Shown one piece after another: positions 19,019-28,834 of a stretch of 64,000 nucleotides of DNA. The position numbers and the translations under genes are program-made. Location of the stretch: positions 8,256 through 72,255 of the forward strand of contig JAVBLC010000007.1 of NCBI GenBank assembly GCA_031553805.1, in the 5' to 3' direction. The notes below the pieces were generated by a model. It ran no database searches and was not told the origin of the DNA. It saw only the letters and a program-made list of their open reading frames with translations. The DNA is from Rikenellaceae bacterium. Lineage in GTDB: Bacteria > Bacteroidota > Bacteroidia > Bacteroidales > Rikenellaceae. Every line of letters starts with the position of its first letter. Positions within the stretch are counted from its first letter, which is position 1.

Positions 19019-20545
19019 CTATTTTTCGGGTAACGATGCTTTTAGTATCTTTTCTTCGGAAAATTCTTCGCGGGAAAATTGGCCGGTCAGGCGTCCCTCG
19101 CACAGGGTGATGATTCGGTCGGAAATGGCCATGATCTCGGGCAATTCCGACGAAATGACGACGATCGCCATTCCCTTGGCGGCCAACTCGTCGATCAGGC
19201 GGTAGATCTCGTTCTTGGCGTTGATGTCGATCCCGCGCGTGGGTTCGTCGAGCAGCAGGATGTCGGGGTCGGTCAACAGCCATTTCGACAGGACGACCTT
19301 CTGCTGGTTGCCGCCGCTGAGCTCCTGGGCCTTCTGGCGCACGGAGTGCGACTTGATGCCCAGTTTCTTGCGGAATTCCTCGGCCTGGGCGCGTTCGCTG
19401 CGGAAATGGAGAACGCCCCCTTTCAACACACGGTTCAACGAAGCCAGGGCGGTGTTCTGGGCGATGTCCATTTCGAGCACCAGGCCGTCGACCTTGCGGT
19501 CTTCGGGGATCAGCGCGATGCCGTGGCCGATCGCCTCTTTCGGGCTGCGGGGCATCACTTCGCGTCCGCCAATGAGCAGTTTCCCGGTACCCCGCCGGCC
19601 GTGCAGGCCAAAAATGGTTTCGAACAGCTCGGTGCGCCCGGCCCCCATCAGGCCGTAGATGCCCAGCACCTCTGAAGCATGTACTTCGAAACAAATGTCT
19701 TTCACAACGTGTTTCGCCCCCTCGGCCGCCCGCAGGCAGATGTTCTGCGCCTCAAGCCGTTTTTCGCCTACCGGGTGCGAGCGTTTTACGAACAAGTCCT
19801 TGCGTTCGCGTCCCACCATCAGGCGAATGATCTCCTCGACCGGGGTGTTCGACACCTCGCTTTCACTGATGAATTTCCCATCCCGAAGCACGGTTACCCG
19901 ATTGGCGATCTGGGTCAATTCGTCCATCTTGTGGGTGATGTAAACGATCCCCACCCCTTTGGCCGTAAGCGACGCAATGGTTTTAAAGAGCAACGCCGTT
20001 TCGTTTTCGGAGAGCGAAGACGTGGGTTCGTCCATGATCAGCACCCGGGCGTCGAACGAAAGCGCCTTGGCGATCTCGACCACCTGTTGCTGGCCCACGC
20101 GCAGGTCGCCTACCAGCCGGTGGGTATCTTCGGTAAATTGCAGGCGATCCAGGATTTCGCGGGCCTGGCGATGCATCTTCTTGTAATCGATCGTGCCGAA
20201 CAAGGTCTGGGGTTCGCGCCCCAGGAAAATATTTTCAGCGACGGAAAGATAAGGGATCAGGTTCAACTCCTGGTGGATCATCGAGATGCCCGCCCGTTGG
20301 GCGTCGGCCGTACTCTTGAAATGGACCTCCTCGCCGCCGAGCAGCACCTGGCCTTCGTATTCGGTATAAGTCCCCGAGATAATATTCATCAGGGTCGACT
20401 TGCCGGCGCCGTTTTCGCCCACGATGGCGTTGACCTGCCCGGCGTAGATGTTGAAATCGACGCCGTCGAGGGCCAGCACGCCGGGCCACCGCTTGGTGAT
20501 TCCGCGCGCGGCAAGAAGGATCGGAGGAACAAGGTCGTTATTCAT
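19019..20545 (-). CDS. Sugar ABC transporter ATP-binding protein (tandem ABC domains, RbsA-like)
   Basis: 508 aa. Walker A GENGAGKST in domain 1, GAGRTE in domain 2, and the LSGGNQQK signature. Confidence 0.9.
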   Translation of the reverse strand: MNNDLVPPILLAARGITKRWPGVLALDGVDFNIYAGQVNAIVGENGAGKSTLMNIISGTYTEYEGQVLLGGEEVHFKSTADAQRAGISMIHQELNLIPYLSVAENIFLGREPQTLFGTIDYKKMHRQAREILDRLQFTEDTHRLVGDLRVGQQQVVEIAKALSFDARVLIMDEPTSSLSENETALLFKTIASLTAKGVGIVYITHKMDELTQIANRVTVLRDGKFISESEVSNTPVEEIIRLMVGRERKDLFVKRSHPVGEKRLEAQNICLRAAEGAKHVVKDICFEVHASEVLGIYGLMGAGRTELFETIFGLHGRRGTGKLLIGGREVMPRSPKEAIGHGIALIPEDRKVDGLVLEMDIAQNTALASLNRVLKGGVLHFRSERAQAEEFRKKLGIKSHSVRQKAQELSGGNQQKVVLSKWLLTDPDILLLDEPTRGIDINAKNEIYRLIDELAAKGMAIVVISSELPEIMAISDRIITLCEGRLTGQFSREEFSEEKILKASLPEK

Positions 20546-21215
20546 CGATAACGTTTATAACGGGCATCTTAAAAGATGGTGGTTCAGGTGCCAGCATAAT
20601 GACCTCGAGTTTCAGGGGGACGATCCGCAGGCTTTCGGGCGCAGGGCGGTCGGCGTAGACATCGGTCGCCCCGGCAAAGGCGATCAGCGCCCATTTTTTG
20701 ATCCCGGGCAATACGGGGACGATCACCAACGAATCGATCCGCTGGTTGATCTGTGACGAAACCAGGTTGAAATCCATCGTGTTCTCGAACGCATCGATAT
20801 CAAACACGCCCGAAGCTTCGCGCACCGTGTTGCTAAAGATCCGGCCGCAGGCAAGGGCGTAGGCTGTCCGGTTCGGAGAGCTGATCGAAAGAAAGTCTTT
20901 GTCGATACCGGTCACCACGACCGTGTCTTTCACGAAGATCGACTTCGGAAAACCGATGCCGATGTTTTTACCATATTTGTCGGCCAGGGTCTTCGGGTCG
21001 GCCTGCAGCAGGCTGTCGAAGGTGTGTAGGTCGAGCGCTGCGGCGAGGAGCGAGTCGAGGTCGTGGTTCCAAAAACGGTCGACCATCTCTTCCGGGTCGA
21101 ACACCACTCCGGCCAGCCGGGCGTTACGTTCCGATAATTTTTCGATGCGGATCGAACCTACGATGCAAGCCACTGCTGCGGCCGCTGCCAGGACGATATA
21201 AATGACCTTTTTCAT
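20538..21215 (-). CDS. DUF2291-like periplasmic/lipoprotein accessory protein of sugar ABC systems
   Basis: 225 aa with an N-terminal membrane anchor. It lies between the SBP and ATPase genes and overlaps the ATPase start by 8 nt. Family call is from memory. Confidence 0.55.
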   Translation of the reverse strand: MKKVIYIVLAAAAAVACIVGSIRIEKLSERNARLAGVVFDPEEMVDRFWNHDLDSLLAAALDLHTFDSLLQADPKTLADKYGKNIGIGFPKSIFVKDTVVVTGIDKDFLSISSPNRTAYALACGRIFSNTVREASGVFDIDAFENTMDFNLVSSQINQRIDSLVIVPVLPGIKKWALIAFAGATDVYADRPAPESLRIVPLKLEVIMLAPEPPSFKMPVINVIDE

Positions 21216-21227
21216 CGGGCGCGCGGG

Positions 21228-22166
21228 TTATTTGGGTAAGTATTGGTCTACGTTGTCGGCGGTCACCATTTCGACCACCACGGGCATCTTCTCCGTAAAG
21301 TCGCGGTCACCGGTAAGCCAGCGGTCGGCCAGTTCGGCCGCCGCGCGGGCGATCACCACCGGGAACTGCATTCCCGTGGCTTCGATCTTGCCGTCGCGGA
21401 TCGCCAGCAACACATCCTCGGCGCCGTCGAACCCGAAAATTTTTATTTGTTTGGCCTTACCTGCTGCCAAAACAGCTTGGTAAGCGCCCATCGCCATCGC
21501 ATCGTTACCGCAGAAAACAGCCACGATGTCGGGATGGGCCTGGAGTATCGATTCGAGCACCTCCATCGCCTTGTTGCGGTCGAAGTCGGCGCTCTGCTGG
21601 GCCACCATTTCTAGGCCGGGGTAGAGGTCAACCACCGCGTGGAAACCGCGCGAACGGTTCCACGTGTTGTTGTCACCCACCAGGCCGAGTAACTCGGCAT
21701 ATTTCCCTGTTTCGCCCACCCGCTCGACAAAGCGCTGACCAAGCTGGACACACCCGTAATAATTATCGGAAAGGATTTGTGACGTCGCCACCCCGCGGGC
21801 ATTGATCTCGCGGTCCATGCAGAAGACCGGGATACCGGCGGCCTTGGCTGCCCGCACATTGACCACCGAGCCGTTGGCGTCGGTCGGATTGAACAGGATG
21901 GCCTTGAACCCGGAAGCGATGATGTTGTCAAAATGTTCGGTCTCTTTCGACGAGTTATTCTGCGAGTCGAAGATCACCGCTTCGTAGCCCAACTCCTCGG
22001 CGCGCGCCTTGGCGCTCTCGCCCAACACGACAAACCACGGATTGTTGAGGGTCGAGATAACGACCGCCATCCGTGGTTTTTCGTCCTTATCCGCACGTTG
22101 GCCGCAACCGGAGAAACCGATTACGATCAGCAACACGGCCAAAATGCTTTTCAACAGGCCTTTCAT
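21228..22166 (-). CDS. Periplasmic sugar-binding lipoprotein (RbsB-like, type I SBP)
   Basis: Trimmed from TTG 22172 to ATG 22166 ([21 protein letters not shown] lipobox). PBP type I fold motifs ([21 protein letters not shown]). Confidence 0.85.
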   Translation of the reverse strand: MKGLLKSILAVLLIVIGFSGCGQRADKDEKPRMAVVISTLNNPWFVVLGESAKARAEELGYEAVIFDSQNNSSKETEHFDNIIASGFKAILFNPTDANGSVVNVRAAKAAGIPVFCMDREINARGVATSQILSDNYYGCVQLGQRFVERVGETGKYAELLGLVGDNNTWNRSRGFHAVVDLYPGLEMVAQQSADFDRNKAMEVLESILQAHPDIVAVFCGNDAMAMGAYQAVLAAGKAKQIKIFGFDGAEDVLLAIRDGKIEATGMQFPVVIARAAAELADRWLTGDRDFTEKMPVVVEMVTADNVDQYLPK

Positions 22167-22225
22167 AGTCAATTTGTCTTGGGGAGTAAGGGAAACGGGG
22201 AGGTCGCTCTCCCCGTCCCTGAAGG

Positions 22226-23650
22226 CTATTCGTGGCGGTAAACGTCCCAGCCGAGGTAGTTCTCAACGGCTTCTTCGACGATCCCGGCTACGTGTCCGCG
22301 GCCCATGGCCACGTGGTGTTCGAAACCGTTCTTGCAGATGAACTTCATCAGGTACTGCAGGTTGTCGATCTCGGTCACCGCAATGCCGCCGTCCATGCCG
22401 TAGGGATCGGCCGTGATCTGGCCGTCGCCGGTGTAGGCTTTGATCGTGCCCGTGGTGTCGTCGGTCGAGATGCGGAAGTACGAGAACGGGCCCGCGGCTA
22501 CTTTTCCTTTCACCGCACCGAAGGTGTCTTCCTGACCGAGCACGGTACCCAGCACGTCGAGGCTTGAGATTTCGATCTCGCCCTTGATGAACGATTTCGG
22601 GAAGTTGCCGCAATGGGTCAGGACGCATTTATTGCGCTGGGCGGCAAAATTATTGTTCCAGTCGAGCAGCGCCGGCGGATTGCCCGAGGCCAGCAGCAGG
22701 GCGTACATCGACACCGCACCGGCGATGTCCATTTCGCAGGCGGCCGGCAGGAGTTTTTCGCCCAGCATACTCATCGTCACGCAGGTCGCGCAACCGTAGG
22801 TTTTTTGCAGCGAGTCCCAGCACTCGATCGCCACGGCGTCGATCTGGTTGGCGGCCATCCAGTCTTCGATGGCGATTCCGAGGGCAGCCTGGCGGGCGAT
22901 CTTGTCGGCGGTCACGCGGGCCGGAATTTTGCCGTAGGCCTTCAATTCTTCGACGCGTTTCACGAGGCGGGCGTCGTCGGCCGGCATATTCTCAGCCGCT
23001 TGGATCAGCAGGGGCAACCCGACCGGAATGACGGTAATCCCTGAAGCCTGCAACAGTTTTTCGCTCGCGCGCACGGTCTGGAAACCGGCCGGACGCGACC
23101 CGATGGCCCCGATGCGGGCCGAGCTCAGGCCGTTCACCACGCGACAGATGGCCGCAAACCGGTTGACGTCATTCTCGAAAAGTTCGCTATCCAAGGGATA
23201 GGTGTGGTAGGTGGTATCGGTAAACGGAATCCCGTATTGGTAAAAGTTATTGCAAACCGAAATCTTGCCGCAGAACGCGTCGCGGCGGCTGTGCACGTCA
23301 ACCTTGTCGTTATCGTCATCGCACGCCTGCACCAGCACGGGTACGTCGAGTTTCGCCAGGTTGATGCTGTTCACGATCCCCAGTTCGTCGCCGAAGTTGG
23401 GCAACACGACGATGATCCCGTCAATGCGGTCGCGGTTTTCGCGGAAGAGGGTGGCACATTTCTGCGCGTCTTCGTAAGTTTCGATGCTACCGCCGGTCGG
23501 GGTGGCATCGGTGGGCAGGATCACATAATCGTAGCCCAGTTTTTCCATTTTCTTGAGCAGCACGGGGCGTGCTTCGGCGGCCAACGCTTTGTTGAAGATG
23601 TTGCGGGTACCGACGATCAGACCAAAGGTCAATTTCTTTTTGTAAGCCAT
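22226..23650 (-). CDS. L-fucose/L-arabinose isomerase-family aldose-ketose isomerase
   Basis: 474 aa. N-terminal Rossmann-like [18 protein letters not shown] and a C-terminal FucI-like domain ([28 protein letters not shown]). Substrate unknown. Confidence 0.75.
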   Translation of the reverse strand: MAYKKKLTFGLIVGTRNIFNKALAAEARPVLLKKMEKLGYDYVILPTDATPTGGSIETYEDAQKCATLFRENRDRIDGIIVVLPNFGDELGIVNSINLAKLDVPVLVQACDDDNDKVDVHSRRDAFCGKISVCNNFYQYGIPFTDTTYHTYPLDSELFENDVNRFAAICRVVNGLSSARIGAIGSRPAGFQTVRASEKLLQASGITVIPVGLPLLIQAAENMPADDARLVKRVEELKAYGKIPARVTADKIARQAALGIAIEDWMAANQIDAVAIECWDSLQKTYGCATCVTMSMLGEKLLPAACEMDIAGAVSMYALLLASGNPPALLDWNNNFAAQRNKCVLTHCGNFPKSFIKGEIEISSLDVLGTVLGQEDTFGAVKGKVAAGPFSYFRISTDDTTGTIKAYTGDGQITADPYGMDGGIAVTEIDNLQYLMKFICKNGFEHHVAMGRGHVAGIVEEAVENYLGWDVYRHE

Positions 23651-23752
23651 AGTATCGTATTTTTTCGTGTTTTCGCAGGGTGCCTCCCGGCACTCGGAAT
23701 GATTACTTTACTTCATAAAGTACCTTCCGGCATCTGGAGGGATGTTTATTTA

Positions 23753-23760
23753 CAAATATA
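23753..23760 (-). promoter_or_regulatory. Candidate internal -7 box TATATTTG upstream of the isomerase-ABC genes
   Basis: TAnnTTTG match on the minus strand in the 152-nt kinase/isomerase gap, about 100 nt upstream of the ATG at 23650. Confidence 0.35.
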
Positions 23761-23802
23761 ACGAAATTTCTGCGTCGGTGAGATGCTTTTCCAGACAAAA
23801 AC

Positions 23803-25293
23803 TTATGCCTTGTCCGAACGCACCCTCCGCACGGCTTCGAGCCATCCGCCGTGGAGGCGGGCCACTTCCGCGCGGGCCATCTGCGGGGCCACCGGACGGT
23901 CGCCGGTACGGATCGCCGCCGCTTCGTCCAACGAATGCCACGCCCCGCGCGCCAACCCGTTCATCACCACCGCCCCCAGGGCCGAAGCCTCCTCGATGGG
24001 CGACACGTTGATCGGACTGCCGAGCATATCGGCCTGGAACTGCATCAGGAAACGGTTTTTCGTCGGGCCGCCGTCGACACGCAACTCTTCGAGCGCAATA
24101 CCTGCCCGGCCGGTCATCCCGTCGACCAGATCTTTCACCTGGTAAGCGATCGCTTCCAGGGCCGCTCTCACGACGTGGGCCTTGCCCGTGCCGAGCGTCA
24201 GGCCGCTGATCGCCGCCCGCGCCGACGGATCCCACCACGGGGCGCCCAATCCGGCAAAGGCCGGAACGAGGTAAACCCCGGCGTTATCGGCAATCTTCGT
24301 TGCCCACTCCTCAACCTCGGCCGGCGAACCGATCAATTGCAACTCATCGGACAGCCATTTCAGGGTCGCCCCCGTGCAGTGGATATTGCCTTCAAAGGCG
24401 TAAAATACTTTTCCGCAGGCCGCAAACCCCACCGAGGTCACCAACCCCGGGGCGGCGTGCCGAAATTTTTCGCCGATATTAATCATCACGGAAGACCCCG
24501 TGCCGTATGTCGCCTTGCCCATCCCCTCTCGGAAACACATCTGCCCGGCCAACGCACCGTGGGAATCGCCCATCACGCCGGCAATCGGAATCGGTTTCTC
24601 AAAGAAACCATTGGCATCGGTTTCGGCAAAGACCGAATCACAGGGCATAACTACCGGCGCCATCGAAAGCGGGATATCGAAAAGTTCGAAAAGCTCATTG
24701 TCCCAATCGAGCGTGTGGACGTTGAACAGCAGCGTACGCGAAGCGTTGGTGTAATCGGTGGCATGTACCGTCCCGCGCGAAAAATTCCAGATCAGCCAAC
24801 TATCGATCGTGCCCATCAGCAGGTCGCCCTTCCCAGCGGCCTCACGGGCGCCCGGAGTATTGTCCAGCAACCATTTGACACCGCTGGCCGAAAAATAGGG
24901 ATCGATCAGCAAGCCCGTTTTTTCTTTGAACAGGTCACCGTGACCGGAATCGTTAAGCGTGCGACAGATCTCCTCGCCGCGCTGGCATTGCCACACCACG
25001 GCGTTGGCGATCGCCCGGCCCGTGTGGCGGTTCCACACCACGGCCGTTTCACGTTGGTTGGTCAGTGCGAGCGATGAAATTTCGTGCTTGTCGACCCCAC
25101 TTTCCTCAACCACCTGCGCAATCGCGCTGACACAGTTTTCGAAAATTTCGTGGGGATCGTGCTCGACCCAACCGGCATGGGGATAGATCTGGCGGTGAGG
25201 CACCGAAACACGGTGCCCCAGCCCTCCGTCGCGATCGAAAAGGATCGCCTTGGTGGCCGACGTACTCTGGTCTATGGCGAGGACGTAACGCAT
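23803..25293 (-). CDS. FGGY-family carbohydrate kinase (glycerol-kinase-like)
   Basis: 496 aa. AIDQSTSATKAILFD, GWVEHDPHEI and NQRETAVVW are typical of the GlpK/FGGY N-domain. Substrate cannot be assigned. Confidence 0.85.
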   Translation of the reverse strand: MRYVLAIDQSTSATKAILFDRDGGLGHRVSVPHRQIYPHAGWVEHDPHEIFENCVSAIAQVVEESGVDKHEISSLALTNQRETAVVWNRHTGRAIANAVVWQCQRGEEICRTLNDSGHGDLFKEKTGLLIDPYFSASGVKWLLDNTPGAREAAGKGDLLMGTIDSWLIWNFSRGTVHATDYTNASRTLLFNVHTLDWDNELFELFDIPLSMAPVVMPCDSVFAETDANGFFEKPIPIAGVMGDSHGALAGQMCFREGMGKATYGTGSSVMINIGEKFRHAAPGLVTSVGFAACGKVFYAFEGNIHCTGATLKWLSDELQLIGSPAEVEEWATKIADNAGVYLVPAFAGLGAPWWDPSARAAISGLTLGTGKAHVVRAALEAIAYQVKDLVDGMTGRAGIALEELRVDGGPTKNRFLMQFQADMLGSPINVSPIEEASALGAVVMNGLARGAWHSLDEAAAIRTGDRPVAPQMARAEVARLHGGWLEAVRRVRSDKA

Positions 25294-25305
25294 CGCAGCA
25301 GCCGA

Positions 25306-26244
25306 TTATTTCTTCAGGAATTCGAGCGCCGTCTTCACAATGCCGGCCGCGTCGAGGCCATAATGGGCAAAGATTTCGAGCGGTTTGCCGTGGATCGCGT
25401 TTTCGTCCGGAATCCCGAGGATACGCATCGGCACCGGATGGTGTTGCGTCGTGATCTCGGCCACGATCGCACCCAAGCCGCCGTAGATGCTGTGCTCCTC
25501 GACAGTGATGATGCGTCCCGTTTCGCGGGCGGCACTCAGGATCGCGGCTTCGTCGGCCGGTTTGAGCGTGTGCATATCGATCACGCGGGCCGAGATGCCC
25601 TGGTTGCGCAGGATCTTCCCCGCTTCGAGGGCGTGGTAGACGGTTTCGCCCGTGGCAATGATCGCCAGATCGCTGCCCTCGAGCAACGTATTCGCTTTGC
25701 CGATCTCGAACGGAAAATCGTCGGTTTCGTAGACGTCGGGCACCGCATTGCGGCCCACGCGCACATAGCCCGGCACCGGCCGGTTGGCCAGCTCGCGGGT
25801 CAGCCGAGCCGTCTGGCGCACATCACAGGGCAGGAACACCTCCATGCCCGGGAAGGTCCGCAGGGCGGCGATGTCGTGCAGGCTGTGGTGGGTCGACCCC
25901 AGAGCGCCGTAGCTCACGCCACCGCTCACGCCGACGATCTTCACCGGGTTGCCCGAGTAAGCCACGTCGACCTTCACCTGCTCCAGGCTGCGGGCTACGT
26001 AGAAACACGCCGGGCCGCAGACGAACACCTTCTTGCCGGCCGAAGCCAACCCGGCGCCGATGCCCACGGCATTCTGTTCGGCGATGCCCACTTCCACAAA
26101 TTGCGCCGGAAGTTGTTCTGCAAAAGGGGTCAACGTCACCGAACCGCGCGCGTCGGTCGTAACGGCGACAATGTCTTTATCTTGTTTACCGAGTTCGAGC
26201 AGCGTGTTCGTAAAGCTCGTCCGGCAGGGAATTATTTTGCTCAT
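25306..26244 (-). CDS. Transketolase, C-terminal (pyrimidine-binding) subunit
   Basis: 312 aa. GIAEQNAVGIGAGLA motif. Overlaps the N-terminal subunit gene by 4 nt. Confidence 0.9.
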   Translation of the reverse strand: MSKIIPCRTSFTNTLLELGKQDKDIVAVTTDARGSVTLTPFAEQLPAQFVEVGIAEQNAVGIGAGLASAGKKVFVCGPACFYVARSLEQVKVDVAYSGNPVKIVGVSGGVSYGALGSTHHSLHDIAALRTFPGMEVFLPCDVRQTARLTRELANRPVPGYVRVGRNAVPDVYETDDFPFEIGKANTLLEGSDLAIIATGETVYHALEAGKILRNQGISARVIDMHTLKPADEAAILSAARETGRIITVEEHSIYGGLGAIVAEITTQHHPVPMRILGIPDENAIHGKPLEIFAHYGLDAAGIVKTALEFLKK

Positions 26245-27080
26245 TTCTTCAGGTTTTCAATGCGTTGTTCGATCTGGCGCACGGCGTCGTCGACCTGTTC
26301 GGCCGAAGGCACCCCGTGGTGCCAGGGCAGGCAGTTTTCCATGTACGAGACGCCACAGCCCTTCGTCGTACGGGAGATGATCAGGTGCGGTTTCTTCACG
26401 ATCGAAACCTGCAGCGCGTCGAGCGTCGCCACGATCTCTTCCATGCTGTCGCCGTTGATCTCGATCACGTCCCAGCCGAAGCTTTCCCAACGCTCGCGCA
26501 TCGGTTCGAGCGACATCACGTTCTCGGTCGTGTCGCTGATCTGCATCCCGTTGCGGTCGATGATCGCTACCAGGTTGTCAAGTTTATAGTGACCGGCAGC
26601 CATGGCGGCTTCGTAGATCGAGCCTTCGCCCTGCTCGCCGTCGCCCATCAGGACGTAGGTTTTGTACGATTTCCCGTCCATCCGGGCGGCAATCGCCATC
26701 CCCGCCCCGATCGAGAGGCCATGGCCCAGGGCGCCGCTGTTAACTTCGATGCCGGGGACTTCGACCGTCGGGTGACCCGCTAGCACCGACCCTACCTTGC
26801 CGTAGGTATCGAGCACGCTGTCTGGGAAAAATCCGGCTTTCGACAGCACACAGTACAGCCCTTCGACGCTGTGTCCTTTGCTCAGGATGAAACGGTCGCG
26901 GCCCGGCATCTTGGGATGCTGAGGGTCGACGTTCATCGTATGGAAGTAAAGCGCCGAAACCATATTGAGCGACGACATCGACCCTCCGATGTGCCCTCCC
27001 TGGGCCCGGAAGATGATCTCTACCACCCGCTTGCGCGCTTCTTCGGTCTTGATCTTCAGTTCTTTGATATTGCTTGTCAT
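26241..27080 (-). CDS. Transketolase, N-terminal (TPP-binding) subunit
   Basis: Track ORF trimmed to ATG 27080 (MTSNIKELK). Motifs GGHIGGSMS and the TPP motif LMGDGEQGEGSIYEA. Confidence 0.9.
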   Translation of the reverse strand: MTSNIKELKIKTEEARKRVVEIIFRAQGGHIGGSMSSLNMVSALYFHTMNVDPQHPKMPGRDRFILSKGHSVEGLYCVLSKAGFFPDSVLDTYGKVGSVLAGHPTVEVPGIEVNSGALGHGLSIGAGMAIAARMDGKSYKTYVLMGDGEQGEGSIYEAAMAAGHYKLDNLVAIIDRNGMQISDTTENVMSLEPMRERWESFGWDVIEINGDSMEEIVATLDALQVSIVKKPHLIISRTTKGCGVSYMENCLPWHHGVPSAEQVDDAVRQIEQRIENLKK

Positions 27081-27097
27081 TACGTATGGTGTGTTTC

Positions 27098-28705
27098 TTA
27101 TGGATTCACTTTGGTCAGCAGCAGGGCCTGGTAAGGTTTGCCCGGCAGTTTTACTTTTTTCCCGTCGGCTTCGCCGATGACGTAGCGGCCGGCCGATTTG
27201 GCAGTAAACATACCCGGCACAGCGGTGCGGGTCATCGCCCAGGTGTCGACCACTTCGATCTTGAATTGGGTGCCGTCGGCCCACTGGGTCTTGGCAGGCA
27301 GGGTTACCACCCACTCCTTGGGCGTCTCGTTGCCGAAATAGATGAACACCTGGCCCGACTCACCGACAGCGGTGTTCAGGTTGCGCCAGTTGTCGATCAG
27401 GTGCAGGGCGCCGGTTTCGTTTTCGATCAGGTTGCGCATATAGGCCATCCGGGCCGGGCTTTGTCCCTTGAGTTCACCGCCGCGGGCCCACCACACCACG
27501 TCGTTCGGGTCGAGGTACGTTTCGCCGTGGGTGACGTATGCGCCCACCAGCAACGCCTGCCAGCAACGGTGTACAAATTCCTCCGCCGTCAGGTTGCCCC
27601 AGCGTTGGTCGAAATTGCCTTCGTAACAGAATTCGTCATACACCACCGGCTTGCGGTAAGCGTCGCGCAGGAGCGAGGCGCGGCCGAAATCGGAGAGCAT
27701 CGAAGCGCTCTGGATGCTGGCGTGGGTCGCCAGCGGGTCGTTATGATTGTAAAGGCTGTCGCCGTTGTGGATCGAGCGCAGGTGGTGATAGGGATCGTTG
27801 GCGGCCACCGTTTCGAAGAACGCTTTCCAATCGGCGGGTTTCTTCTCTTTCATGTAGTCGAATTCGTTGGCCATCGACCACCAGATGTTGCGAAACGAGG
27901 CGAGGCGTGCGGTCAGGTATTCGAGGTAGCGGATGTCGGTCGCCCGCGTCATCCGGTCGAAGCCCCAGCGCCCGTTATCGTAGGGATGGAACAGGATCAG
28001 GTCGCACTCGATGCCCAATGCCTGAAGCTGGCCGATGCGTTTCTCGAGATGCTGGAAAAATTCGGGGTTGAATTTCGTAAAATCCCAAACGGCCGTTTCG
28101 TTCGATTCAACGAGTTCCACGCCTTCGACCTTTTTAAACGGGTAGTAGGGCGGCTCGACGGAGTTGAAAGCATAGTTTTTCGGGAAAACGCAAATACGGA
28201 TTTTATTGAACGGAGCTTTCTTCAAAGTTTCGAGCGTCACATTCTCGAGCGAATCGCCTTGATGCACAAAAGCATAAACCGTCGTCCCGAACGGATAATA
28301 CGCTTTCCCGTCGGCATAGGCGAAGTCAAACACACCGCGGGTTTTCACCGGGCCATGGTTTTCAGGACCGGGGCTTACGCATTCGAAAGTACCGGTTTTG
28401 CCGTTGAGGGCGGGCATATTGCTCGTGGTCGTATAGCTCCAGCGGCCTTTTTTCTCCGGCATAAAGCGCACGCGGTAAACGCTGCCGCCATCGTAGAATC
28501 CGTTCACAGTCATTTCTTCATCGCCGTTGGTAAACGTAGCGCGAAACGACACGTCGTTAAAGGGATTGCCGATGGGCGTTCCCCGAAGCGAAACCTCGAA
28601 ACGCCCCCACTGTTCGACAGCAGGCACAGGATCCTGAGCAAACGCGCCGGAAACACAAAAGAAAATCATGCCGACACAAGCGGCCACGGACCAGAATTTT
28701 TTCAT
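27098..28705 (-). CDS. Secreted clan GH-A glycoside hydrolase with DUF5060-type N-domain (DUF4038/GH140-like, tentative)
   Basis: Trimmed to ATG 28705 (signal peptide MKKFWSVAACVGMIFFCVSGAFAQ). N-terminal beta-sandwich VEQWGRFEVSL..GFYDGGSVYRVRFMP. TIM-barrel acid/base-like WWSMANEF and nucleophile-like VVYDEFCYEG. The GH140 assignment is from memory of the domain architecture. Confidence 0.6.
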   Translation of the reverse strand: MKKFWSVAACVGMIFFCVSGAFAQDPVPAVEQWGRFEVSLRGTPIGNPFNDVSFRATFTNGDEEMTVNGFYDGGSVYRVRFMPEKKGRWSYTTTSNMPALNGKTGTFECVSPGPENHGPVKTRGVFDFAYADGKAYYPFGTTVYAFVHQGDSLENVTLETLKKAPFNKIRICVFPKNYAFNSVEPPYYPFKKVEGVELVESNETAVWDFTKFNPEFFQHLEKRIGQLQALGIECDLILFHPYDNGRWGFDRMTRATDIRYLEYLTARLASFRNIWWSMANEFDYMKEKKPADWKAFFETVAANDPYHHLRSIHNGDSLYNHNDPLATHASIQSASMLSDFGRASLLRDAYRKPVVYDEFCYEGNFDQRWGNLTAEEFVHRCWQALLVGAYVTHGETYLDPNDVVWWARGGELKGQSPARMAYMRNLIENETGALHLIDNWRNLNTAVGESGQVFIYFGNETPKEWVVTLPAKTQWADGTQFKIEVVDTWAMTRTAVPGMFTAKSAGRYVIGEADGKKVKLPGKPYQALLLTKVNP

Positions 28706-28726
28706 TTTCAGGTTAAGTTTCGTGCT

Positions 28727-28734
28727 ACAAATGT
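28727..28734 (-). promoter_or_regulatory. Candidate -7 box TACATTTG for the hydrolase-transketolase-kinase genes
   Basis: TAnnTTTG match on the minus strand, 22 nt upstream of the ATG at 28705. Confidence 0.4.
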
Positions 28735-28786
28735 AAAAAAACAAAACCGAAAAGCAAAACAAAAGAAAGACCTTTCTGCAAAGAGA

Positions 28787-28811
28787 AAGGCGGAAGAACC
28801 TCCTCCGCCTT
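28787..28811 (-). terminator. Intrinsic terminator after the DeoR regulator gene
   Basis: Hairpin AAGGCGGA-(9 nt)-TCCGCCTT followed by a T-rich tract on the minus strand. Confidence 0.55.
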
Positions 28812-28834
28812 CTGTCCGATCCCGAACTGCCGGA

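Noticed and set aside
18032-22172. Calling the ABC system a ribose (rbsABC) operon
   Set aside because: The RbsA/B/C-like folds are shared by many pentose, hexose and polyol importers. No ribokinase or RbsD is present. The co-transcribed isomerase, kinase and transketolase genes point to a different substrate, so gene symbols were withheld.
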